A stretch of 42,128 nt of DNA, taken from Candidatus Firestoneibacteriota bacterium (GTDB taxonomy: Bacteria; Oederibacteriota; D2-FULL-39-29; JBBTED01). The stretch covers positions 1 to 42,128 of the forward strand of contig JBBTED010000006.1 in NCBI GenBank assembly GCA_038042445.1, in the 5' to 3' direction. Positions 9,790-19,624 of the stretch are shown here, one piece after another. Below the pieces are notes generated by a model, which ran no database searches, was not told the DNA's origin, and saw only the letters and a program-made list of their open reading frames with translations. A program made the translations under genes and the position numbers. Position 1 is the first letter of the stretch, and every line of letters begins with the position of its first letter.

Positions 9790-10317
9790 ATGACATCTTA
9801 TAATGGCTATTACTGTAAAAGTTGTAAAACTCATTTCTACATTAAAATTACTATAACTTCAAAAGGTATAAAAGAAATAACGTTATCTGTGAAAAATGTA
9901 AAAAAATCGCTGAATAAAGCGAAAAATAACCTGAATAGTCATCCTGAACAAAGTGAAGGATCTAAAAATGTATTTTTAAAACAAACTTTAAATTATTTAA
10001 ATCAATATTTTAAAGGAAAAAGTATGTCCGCGAAATTACCTTTTGATTTATCAGATTCTACTTCTTTTCAGCAAAAAGTGTGGAATGCAACACAAAAAAT
10101 TCCGTATGGACAAACACGTAGTTATTTATGGATAGCAAAAAAGATAAATAAACCTAAAGCATTTCGTGCAGTTGGACAAGCTCTTAAATCAAATCCATTA
10201 CCAATATTAATACCCTGTCATCGTGTGATTAAATCAAATAAAACATTAGGCGGTTTTATGGGGACAGTTGGAGTCCACATTAAAAAAGCTTTACTAACTT
10301 TAGAAAAAGCAATATAA
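9790..10317 (+). CDS. ogt: Methylated-DNA-protein-cysteine methyltransferase
   Basis: IPYGQTRSY, RAVG and NPLPILIPCHRV active site. Confidence 0.95.
   Translation: MTSYNGYYCKSCKTHFYIKITITSKGIKEITLSVKNVKKSLNKAKNNLNSHPEQSEGSKNVFLKQTLNYLNQYFKGKSMSAKLPFDLSDSTSFQQKVWNATQKIPYGQTRSYLWIAKKINKPKAFRAVGQALKSNPLPILIPCHRVIKSNKTLGGFMGTVGVHIKKALLTLEKAI
9938..9963 (+). repeat. GTCAT-type REP-like unit inside ogt
   Basis: GTCATCCT-gaacaaagtga-AGGATCT has the same GTCAT-stem-loop-stem-CT layout as 22477-22503. Confidence 0.6.
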
Positions 10318-10326
10318 TCTCGTATT

Positions 10327-10701
10327 ATGTATGAATTAATGGTAGAGGGTTGGTTTTCTGCTGCACATTTTTTACGTAATTATAAGGGTAAATGTGAAAA
10401 ATTACATGGTCACAATTGGAAAGTCCAAGCTTTTATTAGAGTAGCTGAACTTAAAAAAAGTGGTATAGGCATTGATTTTAAAATCTTGAAATCCTATTTA
10501 AATAATATACTAAATGAATTTGATCATACATTGATAAATGAACATAGATTTTTTAAGAAACTTAGTCCATCATCTGAAAATCTTGCATATTATATTTTTG
10601 ATAGATTAGTTCAAAAACTGAATTCCAGTCAAGTAATTATACATTGTGTAAGTGTATGGGAATCTAATACTTCAAGTGCAACCTATTTTGTAAAAGAATA
10701 A
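10327..10701 (+). CDS. queD: 6-carboxytetrahydropterin synthase
   Basis: FSAAH, CxxLHGHNW, DHTLIN, PSSENLA and VWES motifs. Confidence 0.95.
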   Translation: MYELMVEGWFSAAHFLRNYKGKCEKLHGHNWKVQAFIRVAELKKSGIGIDFKILKSYLNNILNEFDHTLINEHRFFKKLSPSSENLAYYIFDRLVQKLNSSQVIIHCVSVWESNTSSATYFVKE

Positions 10702-10708
10702 TAACAAT

Positions 10709-10748
10709 TATGGTCTGGTGCAAAAAGACAGACCATAAACAAAAGATT
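10709..10748 (+). repeat. TATGGTCTG element, copy A (short form)
   Basis: TATGGTCTGGTG-caaaaag-ACAGACCATA-aacaaaagatt-ATG. Confidence 0.8.
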
Positions 10749-11237
10749 ATGAATACTTCTGAAAAAAGAAAATATCCAAGGCGCAAACTTCCATTGAAAA
10801 TAAAATATTATATACTTAATCCAAACAAGAATACATCTTTTTTAGATAAATTTTTGCAGAAATTTCAAACTGTTAAAACTTCCGATATTAGCGGAAGTGG
10901 GGCATTACTGATTGTAAAAAAATTATTAGATATAGGTGCTAAACTTCATCTTGAAATATATTTTCCTGAAACATATCAAACAATAACTGCATTTGCTGAA
11001 GTTGTTCGTTCATATATTGGAGTTGAATATGGTAATGAATGTTGTTTTGCAGGCATTCAATTTCTTGAAATTCATACAGAATCTGATAAAGAAATAAAAG
11101 AATCATTAGATGAGCACTCTAAAAAAGCGAACTGGGAAACAGGTGAATTGAAAAATATTGCTCAACATCAATTATTAAAACAACTTTTAGATTTTGAATT
11201 GTTAGAACGCAAAGCAAAAGGTCTGGCTGATTTATAA
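10749..11237 (+). CDS. PilZ domain protein
   Basis: EKRKYPR (RxxxR) and DISGSG (DxSxxG) c-di-GMP motifs. Start moved to ATG 10749. Confidence 0.9.
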   Translation: MNTSEKRKYPRRKLPLKIKYYILNPNKNTSFLDKFLQKFQTVKTSDISGSGALLIVKKLLDIGAKLHLEIYFPETYQTITAFAEVVRSYIGVEYGNECCFAGIQFLEIHTESDKEIKESLDEHSKKANWETGELKNIAQHQLLKQLLDFELLERKAKGLADL

Positions 11238-11261
11238 TTTTACCCAATTCTAAAATATCTT

Positions 11262-11301
11262 TATGGTTTGGTGAAAAAACACAAACCATAGTTAAAAAAT
11301 T
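11262..11301 (+). repeat. TATGGTCTG element, copy B (short form)
   Basis: TATGGTTTGGTG-aaaaaac-ACAAACCATA-gttaaaaaatt-ATG. Confidence 0.8.
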
Positions 11302-12270
11302 ATGACAAAATCTTCACATCCAATCATTTCTACTAAAAAAAAACAACCTGAGAGTTTTAATTTTTTAGCACGATTTATTGAAACAATGTCTAAAATTACT
11401 GGAGTGTCTATTATACTTAAAAATGAAACATATTTACCAAAAGAAGAGGATTTTAGATTGGACAACTCTTATTTTATTCATAACAGTAAATTTTGTAATT
11501 TTATTAAATCTTATCCAAACGAATTAAAACGGTGTTGGAACTACGAACGAAACAAAGCAGACAAAAAATTACATTCTACAAAAAAAATGTTCGTCACTAA
11601 ATGTAGATTTGGTGTAATAGATGTGCATATACCTATTATTAAGGGAAATGATTTTTTAGGTTCAATTGTATTGGGACAGGTATTTTTTGAAAAACCCTCT
11701 TTGAATAATTTTCACCAAATTCAAAAGAAATTGACAAAAAGTTCAAAAATTGACATTAAAAAACTTTTTCAGATATATCTGAAAGCATCTTATATTACAC
11801 AGAATAAGCTTATGAATATAGTTAATCAAATCGATTTATTAGCTGATTATATAATTGAGATAAATGAAAAAAATAAATTGATGCAAAAGCTACGTAAAAC
11901 ATATAGATATGAGGATATTTCAAAAACTACAAATTTCAAAACTTCCCAAGAGGCTATTATTAAAAGAGCAATTGATTTTATTAAAAAAAACTATAATAAA
12001 AAAATAACATTGGAAGATGTAGGTAGAGTTGTATTTTTAAGCCCAGATTATCTTAGTCATTTGTTTAAAAATATAACTGCCAAATCCTTTACTGATTTTA
12101 TTAATGATTTGCGAATTGAAAGAGCGAAGATTCTTTTAAAAAATCCTCTTATAAGTATTAAAAATATTGCCTATGAACTTGGAGTCAATAATCCCTATTA
12201 TTTTAGCAGATTTTTCACCAGCAAAGTTAAAATCCCTCCATCTGTTTTTCGTAAAAAATTAAATCAATAG
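11302..12270 (+). CDS. PocR-sensor + AraC-type HTH regulator
   Basis: FCxxI...RC...KCRFG...GSIVLGQV (PocR); LSPDYLSHLFK...YFSRFF (AraC HTH). Confidence 0.9.
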   Translation: MTKSSHPIISTKKKQPESFNFLARFIETMSKITGVSIILKNETYLPKEEDFRLDNSYFIHNSKFCNFIKSYPNELKRCWNYERNKADKKLHSTKKMFVTKCRFGVIDVHIPIIKGNDFLGSIVLGQVFFEKPSLNNFHQIQKKLTKSSKIDIKKLFQIYLKASYITQNKLMNIVNQIDLLADYIIEINEKNKLMQKLRKTYRYEDISKTTNFKTSQEAIIKRAIDFIKKNYNKKITLEDVGRVVFLSPDYLSHLFKNITAKSFTDFINDLRIERAKILLKNPLISIKNIAYELGVNNPYYFSRFFTSKVKIPPSVFRKKLNQ

Positions 12271-12327
12271 ATATTATATGCAGTTTTATCAAAGCGTAAA
12301 AGTATATCTTTTTAGCGTCATTGTGCA

Positions 12328-12356
12328 TTTACAATTTTGATAAACTTACATATAAT
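12328..12356 (+). promoter_or_regulatory. sigma70-type promoter of the sugar island
   Basis: TTTACA-17 bp-TATAAT. Confidence 0.6.
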
Positions 12357-12441
12357 TAGATATAAATATTAGATACTGTAAAAAGTTTTATGAAAGAAGG
12401 AAACAAAAGTAAAAACCAGTTATTTAGACTGTGTCATAAAG

Positions 12442-12511
12442 GTAGTCGCAGGCTTTAGCCTGCGGGAAAAATAGTAAAAAAAGAATACCGCAAGCTAAAG
12501 CTTGCGACTAC
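12442..12511. repeat. Complete GTAG REPIN doublet
   Basis: GTAGTCGCAGGCTTTAGCCTGCG-24 nt-CGCAAGCTAAAGCTTGCGACTAC. Confidence 0.85.
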
Positions 12512-12545
12512 TACTACAAAGAAAAAATGAGGAGGGATGGAAATT

Positions 12546-13574
12546 ATGAAAACGGGTGTTACTTATTATGGTAGTCGGCGTGTGGAACATGTAATAAAAG
12601 ATTTAAAAGAAATAAAAAAAAATCATTGCAATGCTGTTCTTCATTGCTTGACTGAAGAAGATGTTTCTTTTAATTTAGAGTCAATGAAAAAAATTGTTGC
12701 GGTGAGTCACGATATGGGATTTCAGGTTTACAATAATGCATGGGCATATTGCGGTGTTTTTGGTGGAGTAGGTTATTCAGGTTTCACCATACATAATCTT
12801 GATGCTTGCCAGGTTGATAATCATGGGAATATACTTCCTGCAGCCTGTTTAAATCATCCTAAATTTAGGGCTTATATGAAAAAGTGGGTTGATGCTGTTG
12901 TTTATATTGGGGGAGACATTGCTTTCTGGGATGAACCACATTTTTATATACCTTCTGTAGACTGCTGGTGGTTTCAGGACAAATCATTATTAAACTCAAA
13001 AACAAGCTTAAGCTGTTGCTGTGATAGATGTCAGGAACTTTTTGAAAGTAAATTCAATCATAAAATGCCTCAGGAAGAAACAAAAGAAACGATTAAATTC
13101 AGGCATTATTCCATGATTGATTTTTTTGAAGAATTGACTTCTTATGCAAAAAAAAGCGGATTAAAAAATAATGTTTGTGTAATACCTCAGCATATCTCAA
13201 ATCAAGATTCTACTGGAACAGGAAATGGGAAAGATATCGCAGCCATAAAAGATGTAGACGAAATTTCTACTGATCCATATTGGAGATCAGAAGCAAGTGT
13301 TGAGGATGTGGAAAAATCGTATAGGAATGCATCTAGATTACTATATACAATAGCCAAAGAGTATAAAAAAGAAGCTCAAATATGGATTCCCCATGCTTTT
13401 ATCCGTAAAGGTAAAGAAGATCGTGTTAGATATGCCTATAGAGCTACATACGAGGAGGGAATTCGCAATATTTTTACTTGGAGCTATAAAACTCCAAATA
13501 ACTCTGCCTGTGATGACCCGGATTTAGTTTGGAAAATACTAGGAGAAGAATACAAAAAAATGCATAAAAAATAA
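12546..13574 (+). CDS. Cytoplasmic TIM-barrel glycoside-hydrolase-like protein (GH42/clan A-like)
   Basis: ACLNHPKFR, FWDEPH, CCCDRC and STDPYW; SD GGAGG. Family assignment is inferred. Confidence 0.55.
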   Translation: MKTGVTYYGSRRVEHVIKDLKEIKKNHCNAVLHCLTEEDVSFNLESMKKIVAVSHDMGFQVYNNAWAYCGVFGGVGYSGFTIHNLDACQVDNHGNILPAACLNHPKFRAYMKKWVDAVVYIGGDIAFWDEPHFYIPSVDCWWFQDKSLLNSKTSLSCCCDRCQELFESKFNHKMPQEETKETIKFRHYSMIDFFEELTSYAKKSGLKNNVCVIPQHISNQDSTGTGNGKDIAAIKDVDEISTDPYWRSEASVEDVEKSYRNASRLLYTIAKEYKKEAQIWIPHAFIRKGKEDRVRYAYRATYEEGIRNIFTWSYKTPNNSACDDPDLVWKILGEEYKKMHKK

Positions 13575-13854
13575 TTCCACAACTGTAATTAAATAGAGTC
13601 ATGATAAATTCAATAAGTTTAACATTATAGAAGAAAAGTGATATATTTTTTGCTTATAATAAGTCAGATATTATATTTGGCAAAAAGGTAAAAAATGCAG
13701 AAAACTATACAGCCCAAAAAAGTAACTTTCTCATGTTTAATGCAAAGAAATGATGTAACTCTATATATATGAGAGAGTTTTTAGAATCTGACTCGTTTTG
13801 GACTATTTTGGAGGTAAGTAATGAGGTAAGAATTTGTTAAAAGGAGGAAACTAT

Positions 13855-15825
13855 ATGTTTGCAAAGATAAAAGTAGTAGTGGAAATACTGGCAGTTTTTT
13901 TTATAGTAGGTAATATATCAGCTCAGGATGAGGTGTATATTATTTCCGGAAAAACAGGGCTTGCTTCTGGATGGGTATTTACACCCCCAAAAGTCTGGGG
14001 AACTACTACAACTGAAAACAGGGAAATAGTAAAAGAAGCAACATCCTTATCTATGCAAATAGATATAGAGCATGATATTGTAAAGCCCTGGGCAGGTACA
14101 ACTTGTTTTGATAAAGATACTAAAGAATTTTCAAATGCAATAATGCTAAAAAAATCTCATTTGGAAAGTGGACTATTAAGTTTTTATATAAATGCTGGAA
14201 AGGATATAGTAGGTCGTTTTCAGGGAGCACAGAGGTTTCAGGTGATTTTAGAATTTCTTAAACGTGACAATACAAAATATAGACCAAAATATCCTGGATA
14301 TATAATAATAGACAAATATTTAGATGGAGAAGCTATAGATAATGATCCTGATACATGGCAGAAAGTGAATATTCCTGTAAAATCATATTTAGACAATATT
14401 AGTATTGATGAAATTATAGGGATTGTAAGTTTTTCTGTACAGTTTTTTGGGTCTTTTGCTCCACAATCTGGTATTTATATTACTGATGTTAAAATTTCTT
14501 CTGATAAGCAACAGAATATTAAATCTGAAACAGAGGCAAAAAATATGCAAGATAATGTAGAAAAAGATATATATTTTTCTGAATTTAAAGATTTGGATAA
14601 ATCTATTCTTATGCCTGAAGAAATAAAAATAGAAGGAGCAAATTATATTGTTTCTGGTAAGCCAAGATTTCTTGTAGGAGCTGAGTATCCAGAAGCATTT
14701 GGTCCATTTTTAGAAGTGCCAACAACACCGGGATATGCAGAGAAATACAAGTGGATATATGAAAAAGTAATGAGTTATGAAGAGGCACAAAGATTAGGTT
14801 TTGACACATTAGGGTTTTTTCCTGTACCAAACTGGATGACAAGATATAATCCCATGTTTCAATTTTGGGGAAATGCAATAGATAATGAAATAAAACATCG
14901 TAAATTTATCAAAGAAATAAAGTTACCACTTTATGTTGATTTTCCAATGGCTGGATGGATGGGAGGACAATTAGCAAAGACTACATTAATACCAGAAAGA
15001 GCCAAATCAGATCCAAATTTTAAACAGCATTGGTTTCCATTTGATCCTGATAATGAGGATGGGATGAAATTATATAAAGAAAATTGGACATACGGAACAA
15101 CGATGGTTGTAGAAAGTGGTGGAACACCACTTTTTTATGAATTATTTAATGAACCATCATATTTTTGTGAATGCAGTGAAAATCGCAAAAAATTTACTGA
15201 TTGGCTTATGACAAAATATAAAAACATAGAAGAGCTGAATAAAATGTGGAATACAAAATATTCATCTTATGAAGAAATCAGTAAATTCAAAAGTAGAATA
15301 GAAAATGCAGGTTTATATGTAGATTACACAAAATTTTTAGAAGATAGATTTGTCCAGATAAACAAAGAAGGAATAGAAACAATAAAATCAATAGATAAAA
15401 GAAAAGATGTTCAAATTACATGCCAACCAATGGTAGAAATGGCTATAGATCCACATACATCATCATATAATTATTATAAACTAAACAAAATCTTTACTAC
15501 AATACAAACACCTACAGCTGCAGGAGGCGGCGGTTATGGAATAGGTTTGAAAGGACCAGCAAAAGAACTTATTGATACACTTATTCAAAATTTGGAAGCA
15601 ATAAGAGGAAGTTTAACAATGAGTATATTAAGAAGTATAGCACCTGATAAGCCAATAGTAGATGGAGAAATGGCGTTTCCATTACCTACGCGAGAAGGAC
15701 TGAAAAATGCATTTTGGACTGTTATGATGCGTGGTGAAAATGCAGGGTATCTTTTTAAATATGATAGACGCGCATGGGATTGGAAACCAAATACAATAGA
15801 AGGAGGTATTGCAATGTATGGATAG
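13855..15825 (+). CDS. Secreted GH42-like glycoside hydrolase with N-terminal CBM-like domain, probably C-terminally truncated
   Basis: Signal peptide; YELFNEPSYFCEC...FTDWLMTKY..IEELNKMWNT; IVDGE candidate nucleophile; SD AGGAGG. Ends right after the barrel. Confidence 0.7.
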   Translation: MFAKIKVVVEILAVFFIVGNISAQDEVYIISGKTGLASGWVFTPPKVWGTTTTENREIVKEATSLSMQIDIEHDIVKPWAGTTCFDKDTKEFSNAIMLKKSHLESGLLSFYINAGKDIVGRFQGAQRFQVILEFLKRDNTKYRPKYPGYIIIDKYLDGEAIDNDPDTWQKVNIPVKSYLDNISIDEIIGIVSFSVQFFGSFAPQSGIYITDVKISSDKQQNIKSETEAKNMQDNVEKDIYFSEFKDLDKSILMPEEIKIEGANYIVSGKPRFLVGAEYPEAFGPFLEVPTTPGYAEKYKWIYEKVMSYEEAQRLGFDTLGFFPVPNWMTRYNPMFQFWGNAIDNEIKHRKFIKEIKLPLYVDFPMAGWMGGQLAKTTLIPERAKSDPNFKQHWFPFDPDNEDGMKLYKENWTYGTTMVVESGGTPLFYELFNEPSYFCECSENRKKFTDWLMTKYKNIEELNKMWNTKYSSYEEISKFKSRIENAGLYVDYTKFLEDRFVQINKEGIETIKSIDKRKDVQITCQPMVEMAIDPHTSSYNYYKLNKIFTTIQTPTAAGGGGYGIGLKGPAKELIDTLIQNLEAIRGSLTMSILRSIAPDKPIVDGEMAFPLPTREGLKNAFWTVMMRGENAGYLFKYDRRAWDWKPNTIEGGIAMYG

Positions 15826-16712
15826 ATGCACTATCAAATCTTGGTTTATTTGATCATTCTGAAGTGACTAAACCAACATGGCGTTCTGCTATTGAACGTT
15901 GTGGTCTAACTACAACTTACAGTGATTCTCCAGTTATGGCAATTTCTGGACAATCAATTAGGGGTTATTCTAAGCAAGAAATCCTTAACTTTTTAAAAGA
16001 CGGTGTACTTCTTGACCTCGATGCGTGTAAGATTATAACTGAGTTAGGGTTAGAAGAGTATATTGGAATACAAATAATGAAAGAATTTCGCCAAAGAGAC
16101 TGTCTTTGGCCGAACGTAGTTGGTGTTGAAGAATTTTTTGACCAGGAATTAGGAGGTAAACCAGACACATATCTGGGAGGTTTTCTAGATAGCTGGTCAA
16201 AGAGGTTTGGATTAATTAAGATGCATAGCGGAGCACGAATATCAAGCCAAATGCTTGATATTAATAGAAAACCAATGTTTCCATTATTAACGCGATTTAC
16301 AAATAAGCTTGGAGGACGTGTAGCTGTTCTTCCATATGATATCAGCCAAGTTGCATGTTCACCAGACTTTCTCAGGCCAATGCGGATAGTTCAGCTTCGC
16401 GAAACTTTACGTTGGCTTTCCAGAGGAAAACTACCAATGTCTGTTACAGGAGGCGCTTATCCATTACCATTGCGTGTTGATTATCCTGACAGTATACTTT
16501 TTTCTATATTTAATCTTTCGTTAGATGCCTATAAACCGCAAGTTGAAGCGTATGTAGGTAAAAGAAAGGTAAAAAAACTAGAGGTTTTAGATGACAATGG
16601 TGTATGGAAAGTATTACCATTTACAAAATGGAACCTTGAAAACGGTATTTTACGATTTCAAAGTCCGGATAAACGTAGTTACGAACGTCCGTTATTCGTG
16701 CTTGTCAGGTAA
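15774..16712 (+). pseudogene. C-terminal fragment resembling a glycoside-hydrolase accessory/trimerisation region
   Basis: In the -1 frame overlapping the upstream gene; no SD or plausible N-terminus; NKLGGRVAV...LRWL...SIFNLSLD; visibly more GC-rich. Confidence 0.5.
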
Positions 16713-16791
16713 AAATTTTGCGACTGGTATAGGTAGGTATATTGGTAATATCCGTATAATAAAATAGAAATAAAAATAATATATTAAATTT

Positions 16792-18081
16792 ATGTTTTTA
16801 AATAGACCTGTAAATTTTATACTTTACTTTTTTAAGGAAACCGCTTCAATTTTGGTATCACAAAAAGAAAAAATTACTGAATCATTTAAAGCGGTACAAG
16901 GTAACACTAAAATTCTTTTAATTACTGGGGTTTTTTATACTATTCCTATGGTATGGTTTGCAACGTATCTTCCCCTTTATATGATTGCTTTAATTCCACA
17001 AATTATTGGCCTAATATTGGGAGGACATCTGGTAGATATATGGGGTAGAAAAAAAGTCCTGGTGTTATTTAATACAATATGCTGGATAACTTCATGTAGT
17101 ATTTTATTGCTATCTCAAAATCTTTGGGCTGTATTGATTGCAATGTGTTTATTAGGTTTTACATCAATTGTGATTCCTGGGTGGAATTGTCTTTTTGTTG
17201 AAAATACAGTAGTTGAAAAAAGGCCGTTATTATTTTCAATAGCTCAAATATCTTTTGTAGGCAGTGGTTTATTTATGCCGATTGCTGGAATTATTGTCAA
17301 AAAATTTGGAATTTTATTTGGATGTAGAATTTTATTTGGGATAATAATTCTATTCGTATTATTTGCATTTATAATACGGCAAAAGAATCTTGTGGAAACA
17401 AAAATGCAAATACTAGAAAAAATTTCAAAACCAAATTTTGTTAAGGAATATATTGTGATAATTAAAAAAGTTTTTTTGGATACCAACCTGACCTTTTTCT
17501 TGATTATTCAGACTATAACTTTGTTTACTACACTTGCATGGAACACATATTTCCCAATATATATTACTGATGAAAAAGGTATTGGTATAGACAAAGCAAC
17601 TATTTCAATACTTCCATTTATATTTTCAGGGTTGTTTGTTTCAATGGCATTGTTAATGCCTCAATTTGATATTGAAAAACAATTAAGAAATAGATTATTA
17701 TATGGTATGCGTTTTATAGCACTCTCAAGTATTCTATTGCTTCTTTCTCCATCCCATACAATGGTATTATTGTTTATCTTAACTTTCATTTTAGGTCTTG
17801 GGACAATATTATTTATACCTGTAATAAATGCTTATGGTGCCAATATAATGAAAGATAATGAACGCGCGAAAATTTCTGCAGTTATATTAATATTGGCAAC
17901 ATTATTTTCTATTCTTGCTGTTCCTGTTGCTGGTAAACTTTATGAAATTAATCCAAAACTAACATTTCTATTTATAGTTAGTCTGCAATTTGCCACAATA
18001 CTTTTTATTCAAAATAAGTTTAAAATAGATACTTCCAGTTCTAATAAAAAGAGATTAAAGGAGGTTATAAATGAAACTTAA
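16792..18081 (+). CDS. MFS transporter with probable in-frame deletion in TM2
   Basis: Motif A GGHLVDIWGRKK; many TM segments; the LPLY-to-motif A distance is short. Confidence 0.8.
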   Translation: MFLNRPVNFILYFFKETASILVSQKEKITESFKAVQGNTKILLITGVFYTIPMVWFATYLPLYMIALIPQIIGLILGGHLVDIWGRKKVLVLFNTICWITSCSILLLSQNLWAVLIAMCLLGFTSIVIPGWNCLFVENTVVEKRPLLFSIAQISFVGSGLFMPIAGIIVKKFGILFGCRILFGIIILFVLFAFIIRQKNLVETKMQILEKISKPNFVKEYIVIIKKVFLDTNLTFFLIIQTITLFTTLAWNTYFPIYITDEKGIGIDKATISILPFIFSGLFVSMALLMPQFDIEKQLRNRLLYGMRFIALSSILLLLSPSHTMVLLFILTFILGLGTILFIPVINAYGANIMKDNERAKISAVILILATLFSILAVPVAGKLYEINPKLTFLFIVSLQFATILFIQNKFKIDTSSSNKKRLKEVINET

Positions 18082-18747
18082 GCTTGGAATTGTTGGATGT
18101 GGGGGGCTTTTTTGTAACAGGGTTTTGCCTGTTTTACAGGAAATGTCAGAATATCAAGTTATAGCTCTTGCAGATGTTAATCCTGATGCATTGTCATTTG
18201 TATCTAACAAATTAAAGGTAAAAGAAAAATATATAAAATTTGAAGATTTTATTAAGAATTCTTCTTGTGAAGCTGTATATTTGTCTGTTCCAAATCATTT
18301 ACATTTTCCTCTTGCATCAGCTATTTTGAAATCAGGCAGACATATTATTTGTGAAAAACCTGTTACAATTTCTTCACACGAAGCATACGAATTAAAGAAT
18401 GTTATTGATAAAACCAATAGTGTTTTTATGGTAGCATATATGTCATATTTTAATCGCTATAATGAAAAAGCGATAGAAATTATTAATTCAGGGAAATTAG
18501 GCAAAGTAAAATATATAAATAGTGTGCGCAACAGTTTCTGCCAAACTGGTGAAGGAGAAATCACTGTTGTTGACAAATCAGGAAGAAAAAAAGATGTACA
18601 TATTTAAGAAGTTAATCCATACAAATGTGAATTCGAATATTTCAATAAAGTTATACGAAAAGAAAAAGTTTAGATAAAAGATTTTCTATAGAAGGTGCAA
18701 TTAAAGATATGGAGATATGCGATGCTATACGAAGTGGGAGGGGATGA
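18071..18747 (+). pseudogene. Gfo/Idh/MocA oxidoreductase pseudogene
   Basis: GIVGCG, PNHLH and CEKP present. Internal deletion near 18523, TAA at 18605, then EVNPYKCEFEYF..., a frameshift near 18670, and FSIEGAIKDMEICDAIRSGRG*. Confidence 0.8.
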
Positions 18748-18752
18748 TAAAA

Positions 18753-19595
18753 ATGACAAAACCTGTTATTAATATCTGTTTAGCAGAACTTTTAGGTAAA
18801 ATAGATAAAAAATCAATTCCAATTATTAAAGAATTTGGTGTGAATTGGGTGGAATTATATTTTTTAGGCAATGTAGATAAAAATAATGTTACTGAAGTAA
18901 AAAAAGTATTAGATGCAAATAAAATATTTGTTTCAGCTTTAAATCTTTGGACACCTTCATTTTGGAAAAAGGAAGAAATAGAAAATGGAAATCTTGGACA
19001 ACATATAAAAGATGGAATATCTGTAGCAAAAGTATTAAATACAAAATTTATAATTATATATGGGGTATTAAAAAACAAAGAAACAGAAATAGATTCAATC
19101 GATAATTATATTAAACGAATGGAACCTATAGTTAAAGAAGCAAAAAAAGAAGGTATGATTGTTGTTATAGAAAATGACTATGATATAAATGGTATAGAAT
19201 TAACACGTAATGCATTAACTACACGCAAAATTATTGAAATGTTTAGAAACGACAATGTTTTTATTAATTTTGATCCCTGCAATTATTTGGTTGCAGGAGA
19301 AGAACCATTTCCTTATGGATATGATATAATCAAGAAATATATACGCTACATACATTTAAAAGATGCAACCCAATATGTTCTTGAAAAACATGGTAAAGTT
19401 CCAGTACAAAAAGATTTTTCTGGAGAATATGCATGTGTACCTTTAGGTGAAGGTGCTGTAAATCACTATGGTTTGATAAAACAGCTATTAAAAGACGGTT
19501 ACGACGGATTTCTGTCAATTGAACCACATGTAAAAAAAGAAGAAGTTGCTGCAGCTATTAAAAAAGGACTAACATTTCTTTCTGAAATAATTTAA
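18753..19595 (+). CDS. Sugar-phosphate isomerase/epimerase (xylose-isomerase-like TIM barrel)
   Basis: IEN, NFDPCN, IHLKD, PLGEG and SIEPH motifs; SD GGAGG. Confidence 0.9.
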   Translation: MTKPVINICLAELLGKIDKKSIPIIKEFGVNWVELYFLGNVDKNNVTEVKKVLDANKIFVSALNLWTPSFWKKEEIENGNLGQHIKDGISVAKVLNTKFIIIYGVLKNKETEIDSIDNYIKRMEPIVKEAKKEGMIVVIENDYDINGIELTRNALTTRKIIEMFRNDNVFINFDPCNYLVAGEEPFPYGYDIIKKYIRYIHLKDATQYVLEKHGKVPVQKDFSGEYACVPLGEGAVNHYGLIKQLLKDGYDGFLSIEPHVKKEEVAAAIKKGLTFLSEII

Positions 19596-19624
19596 CCATA
19601 GTGTTTCTTAAAAATGGAGGAGTT

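Noticed and set aside
13575..13850. Possible gene relic or small ORFs in the 280-bp spacer
   Set aside because: Only short frames without a recognisable motif; cannot be supported.
15740..15825. Programmed -1 frameshift joining the two GH ORFs
   Set aside because: The T-rich run near 15752 is followed by stops in the -1 frame, and no slippery heptamer or hairpin is evident in the open overlap.
18605..18673. Stop-codon reassignment explaining in-frame stops
   Set aside because: TAA, TAG and TGA all end conserved genes normally in this window, and the same gene also has a frameshift and a deletion.
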